From NCBI GenBank assembly GCA_965248925.1, contig CBDFLE010000005.1:288001-352000 (forward strand): a stretch of DNA of 64,000 nt. The letters run 5' to 3'. Positions within the stretch are counted from its first letter, which is position 1. Each line of letters opens with the position of its first letter. The position numbers and the translations under genes were made by a program. The notes beneath the pieces are model-generated. The model was given only the letters and a program-made list of their open reading frames with translations, was not told the origin of the DNA and did not search any database. The DNA comes from Candidatus Multivoradales bacterium (lineage in GTDB: Bacteria; Acidobacteriota; Thermoanaerobaculia; Multivoradales; J023). Positions 18,401-26,732 of this stretch are shown piece by piece.

Positions 18401-18919
18401 GCGGATCCGGAATGGAGCGAGAACCTGATGCTAGAGCAGGCAGTTCCAGCAGCCTTGTCTCATTACTTGTATGGTCAGGCTCAGCCAATTCTCATGTTAG
18501 ATCCGCTGGGACTCTTGGCATTCAAGTACCATGAGAGTTGCAGGAAACTTTCCGAAGCTGACCGCAAGGCGCTGGAGAACGCTGCCAACAATGCGGCAGA
18601 CCTCGCGCCCTTGACTCCCCGGTGCAAAGCGAACCCGAGAAAAAACATCAAGGTAAAGTGCGGAAGTTGCGGGAACAACTGCGGGCGACAGTTGGGGAAG
18701 ACCATCTGTATCAACATGAGCAAGATCCAGAAAGGCATATGTGGAGCTGGACCTGGATGCCTGGCCTCGACCATACTTCACGAGATCGTGCATACTTGTG
18801 GCGGTAATGAACGCGACGCTTATGCTTGCGAGAAGCGTTTCTTCCCTACTTCTTGCCGCTTCACCGTACCGGAGAAATATCGGCCGACACCTGATTGCCC
18901 AACGCCATGCACCGACTAA
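15449..18919 (+). CDS. Rhs/YD-repeat protein (N-terminally truncated) with Cys-rich HExxH toxin tip
   Basis: Many YD repeats; ADHLGTP, LRFPGQW, YNVHRWY, PILMLDPLGL; tip TILHEIVH..ERDAY; Rhs-like sequence (SRIDRPGGTTWVFLYGD) continues in frame upstream of the ATG. Confidence 0.9.
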   Translation: MTRISLAGTDASERIAGSWAYDPFGNVVQMWKGAANFNDAGAVDRWSMSFDDPQLPMVTTVTDPMGEISTYTLGRDSESRKPRLEQLEGSCPSCGTGPNSRLFYEDPAHPLRPTRQIDGGGTTTLTTYDANGQAISRVEALGTAEERETTWQRDLTYPALITEIERPSTTGSPLDFRRTTFTLSGRGNATDRIDEGVEDGQAFSYTTTTTYTAEGQPEDRDQPGYGTADVTTSAWDAARGGLVLASRTDPLIGSTLFGYDPFNRRTSVTDPNGVASETQYDPLNRVLFSLQKGAVPAEDLITEQRYTVFGDLFQTVLPRGNVLEYGYDPTGRLVSIERKPDDLPGSHVERTFYTLDGFGHRVREELQSWDGASWTSASTTDYLYSTRCHLDQMIEGAGSPEQAITEYAYNCDGDLERLWDANHPSAGQTAAASTVYGYDPLDRLTSVSQPFGGAAGGQAVTTYGFDVQDHLTAVSDAEGTVTSYLYSDRDLLTGETSEVSGVTSHLYNEHGRLTQTIDARSIATQRTLDELDRVTLVDYPDDTLDVTYTYDDPQVPFSLGRLTQIERDGQPIDYQFDRFGRMTQDGELTYAFDANGNQSEILYPGGVRAIYTFDHADRHLTLDAEVPGQGIQSIVTGAFYQPIGPLRQLTRGNGVTESRQHDSRYQPASITAVGPGGTLLDWDYTTDGVGNITVIGDLLDSLNNRTYAYQEYQYFLTQGAGPWGALAWAYDKIGNRLSETRDGATDIYQYLANAAASGNTAKLDQIALGAGGSRVYTFDAAGNQIGIDENGDPVTYTFDDSGRLSAIDHPSAQASSVMFYDGRSYLRQAVGREPDTSGNALFCDGFETGDISAWGDPGASSCTAEAVTEAAYSSDGVLQRRAGATEANAVLYFGGQPVAQTGGALETHLTADHLGTPVLASSTVGDSNWSGGFEPFGSDFANAGDAGVFLRFPGQWDDATWGAGEGAFYNVHRWYGAGTGRYGRADPEWSENLMLEQAVPAALSHYLYGQAQPILMLDPLGLLAFKYHESCRKLSEADRKALENAANNAADLAPLTPRCKANPRKNIKVKCGSCGNNCGRQLGKTICINMSKIQKGICGAGPGCLASTILHEIVHTCGGNERDAYACEKRFFPTSCRFTVPEKYRPTPDCPTPCTD

Positions 18920-19362
18920 TTCCTCTTCTCCTACTGGTCGGCCTCGTACCAACACCGGCTGCTGCGAAGTGCGCGTTCGCGAAGTACACTGTCGAGGGTA
19001 CAGTCGAGATTCCTGCTGGCGTGGAGCACAACCAGATCAAGATCTACCTCTTTCTGGAAGGTATGGGGCGAACCAGCGACTATCCGGCACGAGCCGGTTC
19101 GCCAGAATATGTAGTGCCGGATAGTGACGGTCAGTTCGAAGTAGAAGCATGGCTCAATACGTTTTCGTCCCGCACTCCCTTGATCGGCGACCGTTGTAGG
19201 AAAGTCGTCAAGTATGGCGACCTGTTCATTGTTGGCGAGTTCCTTCGAGCAAGAAGGCTCCACGTGAACTTTGGAGAATCAAAGCGTCAGATCAGAAGAG
19301 AGCTGGATGTTTCGTCCAGGGTGCCGAGGGTCTATCTGACGAAACTCGCGCCTCCTGATTGA
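18907..19362 (+). CDS. Putative cognate immunity protein, exported
   Basis: Overlaps the Rhs stop; signal peptide MHRLIPLLLLVGLVPTPAAA. Confidence 0.7.
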   Translation: MHRLIPLLLLVGLVPTPAAAKCAFAKYTVEGTVEIPAGVEHNQIKIYLFLEGMGRTSDYPARAGSPEYVVPDSDGQFEVEAWLNTFSSRTPLIGDRCRKVVKYGDLFIVGEFLRARRLHVNFGESKRQIRRELDVSSRVPRVYLTKLAPPD

Positions 19363-19456
19363 GGGTGTCTTACCGCGACCCTAACCAACCGCTGCTGCTA
19401 AAGGCTCCGCCTATGGCGCGACCTCGCAAGGCCCCAGGCTGGGGAGATGCACCGCT

Positions 19457-19807
19457 GTGATAAAGCAGACAGTAGCCGTACTAGTTGCCTTGGTAACTAC
19501 TGGGTGTTTCTCCAGTGGATTGCAGAACAAGTTTCGAGAATCCCTAGGTTGCGGCCTGACGGTTGAAGATGTTCGGGAAATAGCCGAGAGTTCAAGAGTA
19601 AGTCGCTTCAGCTGCTATCACCCTGGAGGGGGGCTTTACACCTGCTCTGCGGCCTGGGGTCTACGAGGCTATGATTGCGAGTTCGATTCGAAGGGCGGCC
19701 TGGTTGCCTACAGACACGTCAAGCTAAGGCCGCTAATCGAAGTGATCGTCTCAGAAACCGTGGTGCTCTGCATTGTGCCATCAACTGAGGTCAGCGAAAC
19801 GAACTAG
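19457..19807 (+). CDS. Small lipoprotein, putative orphan immunity protein
   Basis: Lipobox-like VTTGC after a hydrophobic stretch; GGAG upstream. Confidence 0.6.
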   Translation: MIKQTVAVLVALVTTGCFSSGLQNKFRESLGCGLTVEDVREIAESSRVSRFSCYHPGGGLYTCSAAWGLRGYDCEFDSKGGLVAYRHVKLRPLIEVIVSETVVLCIVPSTEVSETN

Positions 19808-19880
19808 TCGGGGTATCAGGCCCGAACGCGCGAGATGTTACGCTAAATAAGGGGCGGCCATCCAAGAGCAGGAAAGCCAA

Positions 19881-20501
19881 GTGTCCAGGAGAGCGATGAT
19901 GCCAAGGTTAGCCGCAGTCTCAAGCAACCTTCTTGCATCTCTTGTTGCGCTTCTTACGCTGGCCTGCTTGTCGCCGCCTTTCGTTGGTTCTGTGAAGCCA
20001 TGGGGTAGATCGAATGCGTTCGTCAGCGGCTTGCGTTGCCAGATGGTAGAGGCAGATATTGAGGGACAAGTACAGCAGTTTCCAAAGATGCTTCTTCACC
20101 GGCCCGACAGCTATCCTCATGAACTGGTCGCTCAAAAGGGCGACACCATGGTCATCTTGGAAATGAACAGTAACCTACTGCAGACATACCAGATATCTTG
20201 GACGAGTGGATTTACCCAAATGTCCTCACACCTTAAATATGACCTTTGCGAGAAACGCTATTTGGTAGAAATGTGGCTCGTGAGTTCTAGGGAATACGGC
20301 GGCGCAGCAGTCTTGCTGGACGGCGTGCTCGTGGGCAAGCTCAACGGATGGGGCGGATTCGCGCGAGACATTCCCTTGGGGGTCCACGAGTTACGGATCG
20401 AGAGGCCCGGCCTTGGCACCTGGGTATTGGAGCTGCTCTATGACGAGTCTAGTCTCGGCCATGATCGGATCCCGATCGGGGTGATGACCAAGCTGGACTA
20501 A
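19881..20501 (+). CDS. Lipoprotein, putative orphan immunity protein with a PEGA-like C-terminal domain
   Basis: LLTLAC lipobox; GAAVLLDGVLVG..GVHELRIERPG PEGA-like pattern; N-terminal half loosely resembles the previous lipoprotein (F..L.C.M..D). Confidence 0.6.
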   Translation: MSRRAMMPRLAAVSSNLLASLVALLTLACLSPPFVGSVKPWGRSNAFVSGLRCQMVEADIEGQVQQFPKMLLHRPDSYPHELVAQKGDTMVILEMNSNLLQTYQISWTSGFTQMSSHLKYDLCEKRYLVEMWLVSSREYGGAAVLLDGVLVGKLNGWGGFARDIPLGVHELRIERPGLGTWVLELLYDESSLGHDRIPIGVMTKLD

Positions 20502-20675
20502 CGACACGGGGCTCCCAACTTCGGCAATTCTCGGACTAAGAATGTTCGCGACAGCGTGGTCTAGGCCGCCAGCCGCGCGGCTCTGGACCGCAGCACGTCG
20601 CCAGCCTGGTGATAGCGCATGGCCACGGCCGGCGTGCGGTGCCCCACTCGACCCAGGTTCTGGCGACGGTGGCGA

Positions 20676-21251
20676 ATGAAGTTGCGCTCACTCTCGGCTG
20701 TAGCCTTTCTCCTGCTTGCCTGGGCAGGTTGTGCTTCAGTGGTTGTCGATCGTCATGATCGAATATTGATTAGTGGAAAAATCCAGGACGAATCTGGTGA
20801 TCTGCTCAGAGATGCCAAGTGCTTCTTTGTAGACTCTGGACTGGGCGATTGGCGCCATGGCAAATTTGAATCCTCCATCCTGGCTTCCAGTGATCAGCTT
20901 GGGCGGGTTCACGTTTTATTTAACTACAGCTGGGGATATGAGTTGCCGGGCTCACGTCCTCGCGAGTTGCCGGCTGCCGACATTCGACACTTCTCTATAA
21001 GTCGTAAGAAAGCTTGGATATCGCCCTTTTCATGTAGAATTCGACTACAAACAAGTCGAGCGCCTGGACGTGTTTGCCAACACGAACGGAAGCACTTGAT
21101 GCAAATGCGAGAGCCCAGAATCCAACGGCTCCTCACGGAGCGCGTGCCCACTCGTCAGATAACCAACCTCTTGGAATGCGAGGCTTACGGTGTAGGCTCC
21201 AAGTGCCTTTCAAGGCTATATCCTTTTTCGTTTTCTGGAACTCCATTCTGA
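20676..21251 (+). pseudogene. Chimeric ORF: lipoprotein 5' half joined to an HExxH toxin-tip remnant
   Basis: MKLRSLSAVAFLLLAWAGC lipobox; 3' part VCQHERKH...ECEAY...CL; stop overlaps the next ATG (TGATG). Confidence 0.5.
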
Positions 21252-21655
21252 TGAGCATGATGATTTTTGCTATCGTCCTTCTACTCCTATGCCTTAATTG
21301 TCACTCGGTGCCAACAGAACACAGCATAGAAGTCGACAACGAAATCTCTGACGCGATAGCAATTTGCGATATATACTGCGAAATAAAGATAACAGAATTA
21401 CGGGCGCTAACTTTTCAGTTGTGGATAGAGGGTGATACTGAGGTTCTGAGTTCTGTGTCAACTAGTGAATTGAATAATCTCAGAATACACATCACTGACT
21501 TTGCCCGCAGTGAAGGATTTGGCTTCTATGTATATGCCGAAGACAAGGAATATCTCAGCGAAATTGCTTCGCTCGTGAACAGACTTCTTGGACGACAGGT
21601 TGCCAGAGATGTACGGTTGACAGAGGTTTCTCTAAGTGAATGGATGCCGACGTAA
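21251..21655 (+). CDS. Small lipoprotein, putative immunity protein
   Basis: MSMMIFAIVLLLLCLNC signal; translationally coupled to the toxin-like remnant; AT-rich. Confidence 0.55.
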   Translation: MSMMIFAIVLLLLCLNCHSVPTEHSIEVDNEISDAIAICDIYCEIKITELRALTFQLWIEGDTEVLSSVSTSELNNLRIHITDFARSEGFGFYVYAEDKEYLSEIASLVNRLLGRQVARDVRLTEVSLSEWMPT

Positions 21656-21780
21656 CGTTGTCGGTGGGCAAAAACGCCAACAGAAACAGGTGCCACTCTC
21701 TTCGGGGCCGCGGGGCTGAGAAAAAATTGCTCGCTCTTGTAGGCGGCAGGCTCTCATCACAACCAGCTAGGCTGGCCGCC

Positions 21781-22653
21781 TCAATGATCGAGGATCAGGG
21801 CCGTAGGCGGAGCTTGGGCGACTGGCGGCCAGTCGATGAGCAGTCCAGCACCGATACCTTGGGCGACTGGCTCGCCGTAGAGATGGTCTACCAGATACAT
21901 TGCCACGTCGAAGCTACGCACCCCGCCCTGGGAGGTCAGCGCCCTGCCATCGTGAACGAAACTTGGTCCTCGGTGCAGGTCAACAGCGGGAAAGCGGTCG
22001 CTGAAGCGGTCGTAGTCCTTGGGGAAGGTGGTCATTGCCGTGCCGTCGAGCAAGCCAGCTTCGGCCAACACGAAGGCGCCCCAACAGAGCGACATGACAT
22101 AGCTTGCCCGGCCCCCGCGTTCGGCGACCCAGGCGATCATCCGCTGGTCTTTGAGATCACTAGAGGGGCTACCAACAGCACTCGGCACCACCAAGATGTC
22201 GAACTCAGGGGCGTTGTCGAAGCTGTGGTTGACGCCGATTTGCAGCCCCTCGGCGGTGGTGATCGGCTGGCCGTCCGCTGATACTGCGAAGATCTCGAGC
22301 GGCGGCACCCCTTCGACATAGCTGGCGACGTGATCGAGCACGTCCCAGGGCGCCGTCAGCTCGGTGTTGTAGACCCCATCAACCAGCAGGAAGGCCGCCT
22401 TTAAGGGGCGATCCAAGGGTATTTCGATCTGCCGCGGCACCCGCGGCCAAGAACTCGCCGCGGCGCTTTGGGGCGCGGCGGTGGCGGTGGGAGTGCCGGC
22501 GCTGACACTCGGTTCGGGGTGGTGATCGCTACTTGTAGGCGAACTCGAAGTCGCCGGCGCGCAGCCGTTCGCGAGGAGGATCAGTATGCCGAGCAGCGAT
22601 GCCGAGAGGGAGCGATGGATGGGTGCCACGAGGTCCTCCAGATGCAAATTCAA
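21781..22653 (-). CDS. DJ-1/PfpI-family protein, probably a lipoprotein
   Basis: LANGC lipobox; GVYNTEL, DILVVP, SLCWGAFVLAEAGLL. Confidence 0.85.
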   Translation of the reverse strand: MNLHLEDLVAPIHRSLSASLLGILILLANGCAPATSSSPTSSDHHPEPSVSAGTPTATAAPQSAAASSWPRVPRQIEIPLDRPLKAAFLLVDGVYNTELTAPWDVLDHVASYVEGVPPLEIFAVSADGQPITTAEGLQIGVNHSFDNAPEFDILVVPSAVGSPSSDLKDQRMIAWVAERGGRASYVMSLCWGAFVLAEAGLLDGTAMTTFPKDYDRFSDRFPAVDLHRGPSFVHDGRALTSQGGVRSFDVAMYLVDHLYGEPVAQGIGAGLLIDWPPVAQAPPTALILDH

Positions 22654-22763
22654 CCCTAATAGGTGAGTGGGGGGCAGCGCCGATCTTGTCAGCAGGCGGG
22701 GAGGGCGGCAAGTTCAAACTCGATCTCTGCGCTGGTGGGTAGTCGTTGGGGTAGGCTCTAGGG

Positions 22764-23453
22764 GTGCTAGAAACTCTGCTCTTTAGCGGTCTCTTCCTGG
22801 TCCTGCATGTGCAGGGCTTGCGGCGTTGGCCGGAGAGGCCGTTTCATTTGCAACTGGCGGTGTCCAGGGGCTGGGCGGCGCTGTGTCTGGTGGCCCTCGG
22901 CCTGGGTACCTTGATCGGGGCGCGGCGACTCTGGCGCTTGGCCTTCGTGGACTTTCGCCCGCCAGGAGATCCCGCCTTCTTGATTGTCTTCTTCATTCTC
23001 GGTCATTTGATCGCCGATTTCATTTGGCTGGCTTATGGTTGGCGGGTTCGGCAGTCGCGACCGCGGGCCGATTTGCTGGCGCATCATCTGCTCGGAGTGG
23101 TGGCTTGTGGGCTAGCTCTGTGGCTGCATTGCGCGCCGCTGCTGGTTGGTGTGGTGTTGATTACCGAGCTGATGCCGGTGGTCAGCGGGCTGCACGCCTG
23201 GGCCAGGCTGGGTCGCAACATCGCTCTGCAGCGGCTGGCGGCGAGGCTGCGCTTGCTGACTTTGGTGGGCTTGCGAATACCGGTTTGGGCCTTTTTCTTG
23301 TGGCGGGCGATTCCGCTGGCCCTCGGTGACCGCGGCGGTGTGGAAGTTGTTGCGATCTATCCCTTGGTCATCGCCGCGGTGCTCTGTGTCTTGGCGCTCG
23401 ATCTGCGCTGGACTCGGATGTCTTGGCGGGCGCTGGTCACGGCTGAAAGCTAG
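22764..23453 (+). CDS. TLC (TRAM/LAG1/CLN8)-like membrane protein
   Basis: Multiple TM segments; D...LLAHH...ITE...R pattern. Confidence 0.55.
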   Translation: MLETLLFSGLFLVLHVQGLRRWPERPFHLQLAVSRGWAALCLVALGLGTLIGARRLWRLAFVDFRPPGDPAFLIVFFILGHLIADFIWLAYGWRVRQSRPRADLLAHHLLGVVACGLALWLHCAPLLVGVVLITELMPVVSGLHAWARLGRNIALQRLAARLRLLTLVGLRIPVWAFFLWRAIPLALGDRGGVEVVAIYPLVIAAVLCVLALDLRWTRMSWRALVTAES

Positions 23454-23599
23454 CGCGCTCAAAGGTAGAGCCTGGCGGCTGGTTGTCGTAGGATGCGGTG
23501 GCTCGCCAGGACCGGCTTTCGTCCGCAAGAGTAGCCCTGCACAGCCTAGCGACAGCCGAGCAAGGCGGTGACATCTCACAAGCTGGAGGTTCAAGACCC

Positions 23600-24019
23600 A
23601 TGCCTTATAGTCCCTTACTCGTCAAACCGATGCGCGAAGAACTCACCACGGTGGGTTTCGAGGAGCTTGCCGATGCGAGTTCCGTCGATAGTTTCCTCGG
23701 TGATACCGAAGGCTCTTCCTTCCTGGTGATCAATTCAGTCTGTGGCTGTGCCGCGGGCATGGCTCGTCCAGGAGTTCGCCAGGCCCTTGAGGAGGGCAGC
23801 CGCCCCGATCACCTGGGAACGGTCTTTGCCGGCCAAGATGTCGAAGCCACCGCCAAGGCCCGTGGCTATTTCGCCCAGGTACCGCCATCGAGCCCGTCGA
23901 TGGCTCTGTTCAAGGACGGTGAACTAGTCTACTTCTTGCCGCGCCACCGCATCGAGGGGCGCAGTGCCGAGGATGTGGCGGCGGATCTTCGTACCGCTTT
24001 CGCAGAGCATTGCGGCTGA
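23600..24019 (+). CDS. BrxA/BrxB-family bacilliredoxin
   Basis: PMREELT, INSVCGCAAGMARP, TVFAGQD, PPSSPS, RHRIEGR. Confidence 0.92.
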   Translation: MPYSPLLVKPMREELTTVGFEELADASSVDSFLGDTEGSSFLVINSVCGCAAGMARPGVRQALEEGSRPDHLGTVFAGQDVEATAKARGYFAQVPPSSPSMALFKDGELVYFLPRHRIEGRSAEDVAADLRTAFAEHCG

Positions 24020-24024
24020 GCGCG

Positions 24025-24297
24025 ATGGGTACCTTTCACCAGAATAAGAGCGAGCTGCACGGCATCACGGTAGTGGTCGACACCGATGGACCAGAGATCT
24101 ACGTTGGCCGTTGTGACGACGAGGACGACCAGCGCCTGGTGTTGCTCGATGTCGATGTTCATCGCGCTGGCGATGACGGGCTGTCGAAGGCTCAGTACCT
24201 GGAGCGGGCGGCCCAGTTTGGGGTCTGGAAGAAGCATCAGCAGCTGGTGCTAGAGCGCAGCCAGGTAACCTCGATTCGCCGCCTCGCCGAGGTTTGA
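24025..24297 (+). CDS. Small hypothetical protein
   Basis: Tightly spaced between the bacilliredoxin and DUF423 genes; host-like codon usage. Confidence 0.7.
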   Translation: MGTFHQNKSELHGITVVVDTDGPEIYVGRCDDEDDQRLVLLDVDVHRAGDDGLSKAQYLERAAQFGVWKKHQQLVLERSQVTSIRRLAEV

Positions 24298-24307
24298 GTT
24301 GCTACCG

Positions 24308-24676
24308 ATGGCGAAGCTCTGGTTGGTAGCAGGGGCGTTGTGCTGCGCGTTGGCGGTAGTCGCCGGAGCCTTCGGCGCCCATGCACTTGAGAAGCGGCTC
24401 GACCAGCATTCCCTGGCCTTGTGGGAAACCGCCGCGCGCTATTTGATGTTCGGCGCTCTGGGCTTGTTGGCCATCGGCCTGGTGGGCTTGCAGCGGGCCC
24501 AGCGGGTGATTGCCGTTGCTGGTGCCCTGGAACTATCCGGCGCCCTGCTGTTCAGCACCACGGTGGCGATTTTAGCCCTTGGTGGCCCGCGGTGGTTGGG
24601 AGCGGTGACGCCGCTCGGTGGTTTGATGATGATTGGCGGCTTCGTGGCTTTGGCCTGGGCCGCTTGGCAGCTTTGA
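24308..24676 (+). CDS. DUF423/YgdD-family membrane protein
   Basis: GAFGAHAL, WETAARY, LFS, LGAVTPLGG. Confidence 0.9.
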   Translation: MAKLWLVAGALCCALAVVAGAFGAHALEKRLDQHSLALWETAARYLMFGALGLLAIGLVGLQRAQRVIAVAGALELSGALLFSTTVAILALGGPRWLGAVTPLGGLMMIGGFVALAWAAWQL

Positions 24677-24762
24677 TCAGTAGCGCAACGCGGCCGATCG
24701 AGCGAAAACAAACAAATTCGTCACCTATGGATCGTCTGATCCGCTAGAGGAGAAGGACCGCC

Positions 24763-26394
24763 ATGAGCAACGCAATCGTCCAAGTACCACCGCCCCACAA
24801 CGAGCCGGTGCTGAACTACGGACCCAAGTCCGCCGAAAAGCTGACCCTCAAGCAGCGCCTTAGCGCCATGCACACCGAGCGCATTGAGATCCCCCTGTTG
24901 ATAGGTGGCAAGGAGGTGCGAACCGGCAAAATGGCGACCGCGGTTTGCCCGCACGAGCACGGCCATGTGCTGGCGGACTTTCACCAGGCCGGACTGGCCG
25001 AGGTCGAGCAGGCGATCGCCGCCGCCGACGAGGCTTGGCATAGTTGGTCGGAAATGGCCTGGGAAGATCGCGCGGCGGTGTTCCTCAAGGCCGCTGATCT
25101 TTTGGCCGGCCCGTGGCGCGACACCCTCAACGCCGCCACCATGCTCAACCAGTCGAAGACCGTGGTGCAGGCCGAGATTGACGCCGCTTGCGAGTTGATC
25201 GATTTCTGGCGCTGCAACGTCCACTTCATGTCTCAGATCTACGCCGAGCAGCCTCGTTCTTCGGCGAACACCTGGAATCACCTTGAGTATCGGGCGCTCG
25301 AAGGCTTCGTCTTCGCTGTCTCGCCGTTCAACTTCACTGCCATCGCCGGCAACCTGCCCACCGCTCCGGCAATGATGGGCAATACGACGGTGTGGAAGCC
25401 GGCTTCCACCTCAGTCTTGTCCGGCTACTACATCATGAAGCTGCTCGAAGAGGCCGGCCTGCCTCCCGGGGTGATCAACTTCGTCCCCGGTCGCGGCGCC
25501 GCGGTGGGCGATCCGGTGATGGACAGCAAGGCGCTTGCCGGCATTCACTTCACCGGCTCAACGGCGGTGTTCCAAGGCATGTGGCGATCGGTGGGCGACA
25601 ACATCCAGCGCTACCGCTCCTACCCGCGGATCGTCGGTGAGACCGGTGGCAAAGACTTTGTCTTCGCCCATCCCTCGGCGGATGTCGAGGCGTTGGTGAT
25701 CGCGCTGGTCCGTGGCGCTTTCGAATACCAGGGCCAGAAGTGCTCTGCGGCCTCACGGGCGTTCATTCCGCGATCCCTATGGCAGCGGGTTTCCGAGCGC
25801 TTGCGGGCCGAGGTTCACTCCATTCGGCAGGGCACGCCGCTTGATTTTCGCAACTTCATGGCGGCGGTGATCGACGCCAAATCATTCCGCACTCAGCAAG
25901 CTGCCATCGAGCGCGCCGAGGCTGCAAGCGACGCCGAGGTGTTGATCGGCGGTGGCTGCGACGCCTCGGTGGGTTGGTTTGTCGAGCCGACGGTGATTCA
26001 CACCTCCAATCCGGGCTACGAGACCATGCGTGAGGAACTCTTTGGCCCGGTGCTGACCACCTTCGTCTACGAAGACGATCGCCTCGATGAAGCCTTGACC
26101 TTCTGCGACACCGGCAGCGACTACGCCCTTACCGGCGCTATTTTCGCTCGCGACCGTCGCTCCATCGTCGAACTCAGCCGCCGGCTGCGTCATTCCGCCG
26201 GCAACTTCTACATCAACGACAAGCCCACCGGCGCGGTGGTCGGCCAACAGCCCTTCGGTGGCGCCCGCGCCTCTGGCACCAACGACAAAGCCGGCTCAGT
26301 GTTCAACTTGCTGCGGTGGGTTTCTCAACGGACGGTCAAAGAGACCTTCGTGCCGCAGCGCTCCTACGGCTATCCGCACATGGACGAATCGTAG
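24763..26394 (+). CDS. pruA: L-glutamate gamma-semialdehyde (P5C) dehydrogenase
   Basis: SPFNFTAI, HFTGST, GETGGKDF, FEYQGQKCSA, EELFGP, QQPFGGARASGTNDKAG. Confidence 0.95.
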   Translation: MSNAIVQVPPPHNEPVLNYGPKSAEKLTLKQRLSAMHTERIEIPLLIGGKEVRTGKMATAVCPHEHGHVLADFHQAGLAEVEQAIAAADEAWHSWSEMAWEDRAAVFLKAADLLAGPWRDTLNAATMLNQSKTVVQAEIDAACELIDFWRCNVHFMSQIYAEQPRSSANTWNHLEYRALEGFVFAVSPFNFTAIAGNLPTAPAMMGNTTVWKPASTSVLSGYYIMKLLEEAGLPPGVINFVPGRGAAVGDPVMDSKALAGIHFTGSTAVFQGMWRSVGDNIQRYRSYPRIVGETGGKDFVFAHPSADVEALVIALVRGAFEYQGQKCSAASRAFIPRSLWQRVSERLRAEVHSIRQGTPLDFRNFMAAVIDAKSFRTQQAAIERAEAASDAEVLIGGGCDASVGWFVEPTVIHTSNPGYETMREELFGPVLTTFVYEDDRLDEALTFCDTGSDYALTGAIFARDRRSIVELSRRLRHSAGNFYINDKPTGAVVGQQPFGGARASGTNDKAGSVFNLLRWVSQRTVKETFVPQRSYGYPHMDES

Positions 26395-26732
26395 GCACAG
26401 GCGGTGGGGGGAGACTCAGTCGGCGAGGACTTGGTCGAGGCTGGTGGAGTCGAGTAGTCGGGGGTTTGTGAGACCGAAGAGGACCTGACGATCTGGCCGT
26501 GGTCTTCTAACTGGATGTCTCGGGGATTACAAAAACGCCTGAGAACAAGCGATTTGCTCTCCGTCCCGCCAGGGACGTCACATCCCAGAGAGGGATTTCG
26601 ATCCCTCGTGGAGGCGCAGCGTGATTCTCCGGGTGCAGGCTCCGGAACCCCGCAAGTGATTGAAATCACTCGCTGCAGAATAACGTCCCCGACGGGTCGA
26701 GGACGCGATTCGTCCCAGGTTCGCGCGGAGAT

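Noticed and set aside
19378-19460. attC-like start CCTAACCAACCGCTGCTGCT, suggesting the lipoprotein genes are integron cassettes
   Set aside because: No complementary GTTRRRY arm, not repeated between the other genes, and no IntI in the window
26585-26612. tRNA T-arm-like GAGGGATTTCGATCCCTC
   Set aside because: No cloverleaf, acceptor stem or CCA can be built on either strand
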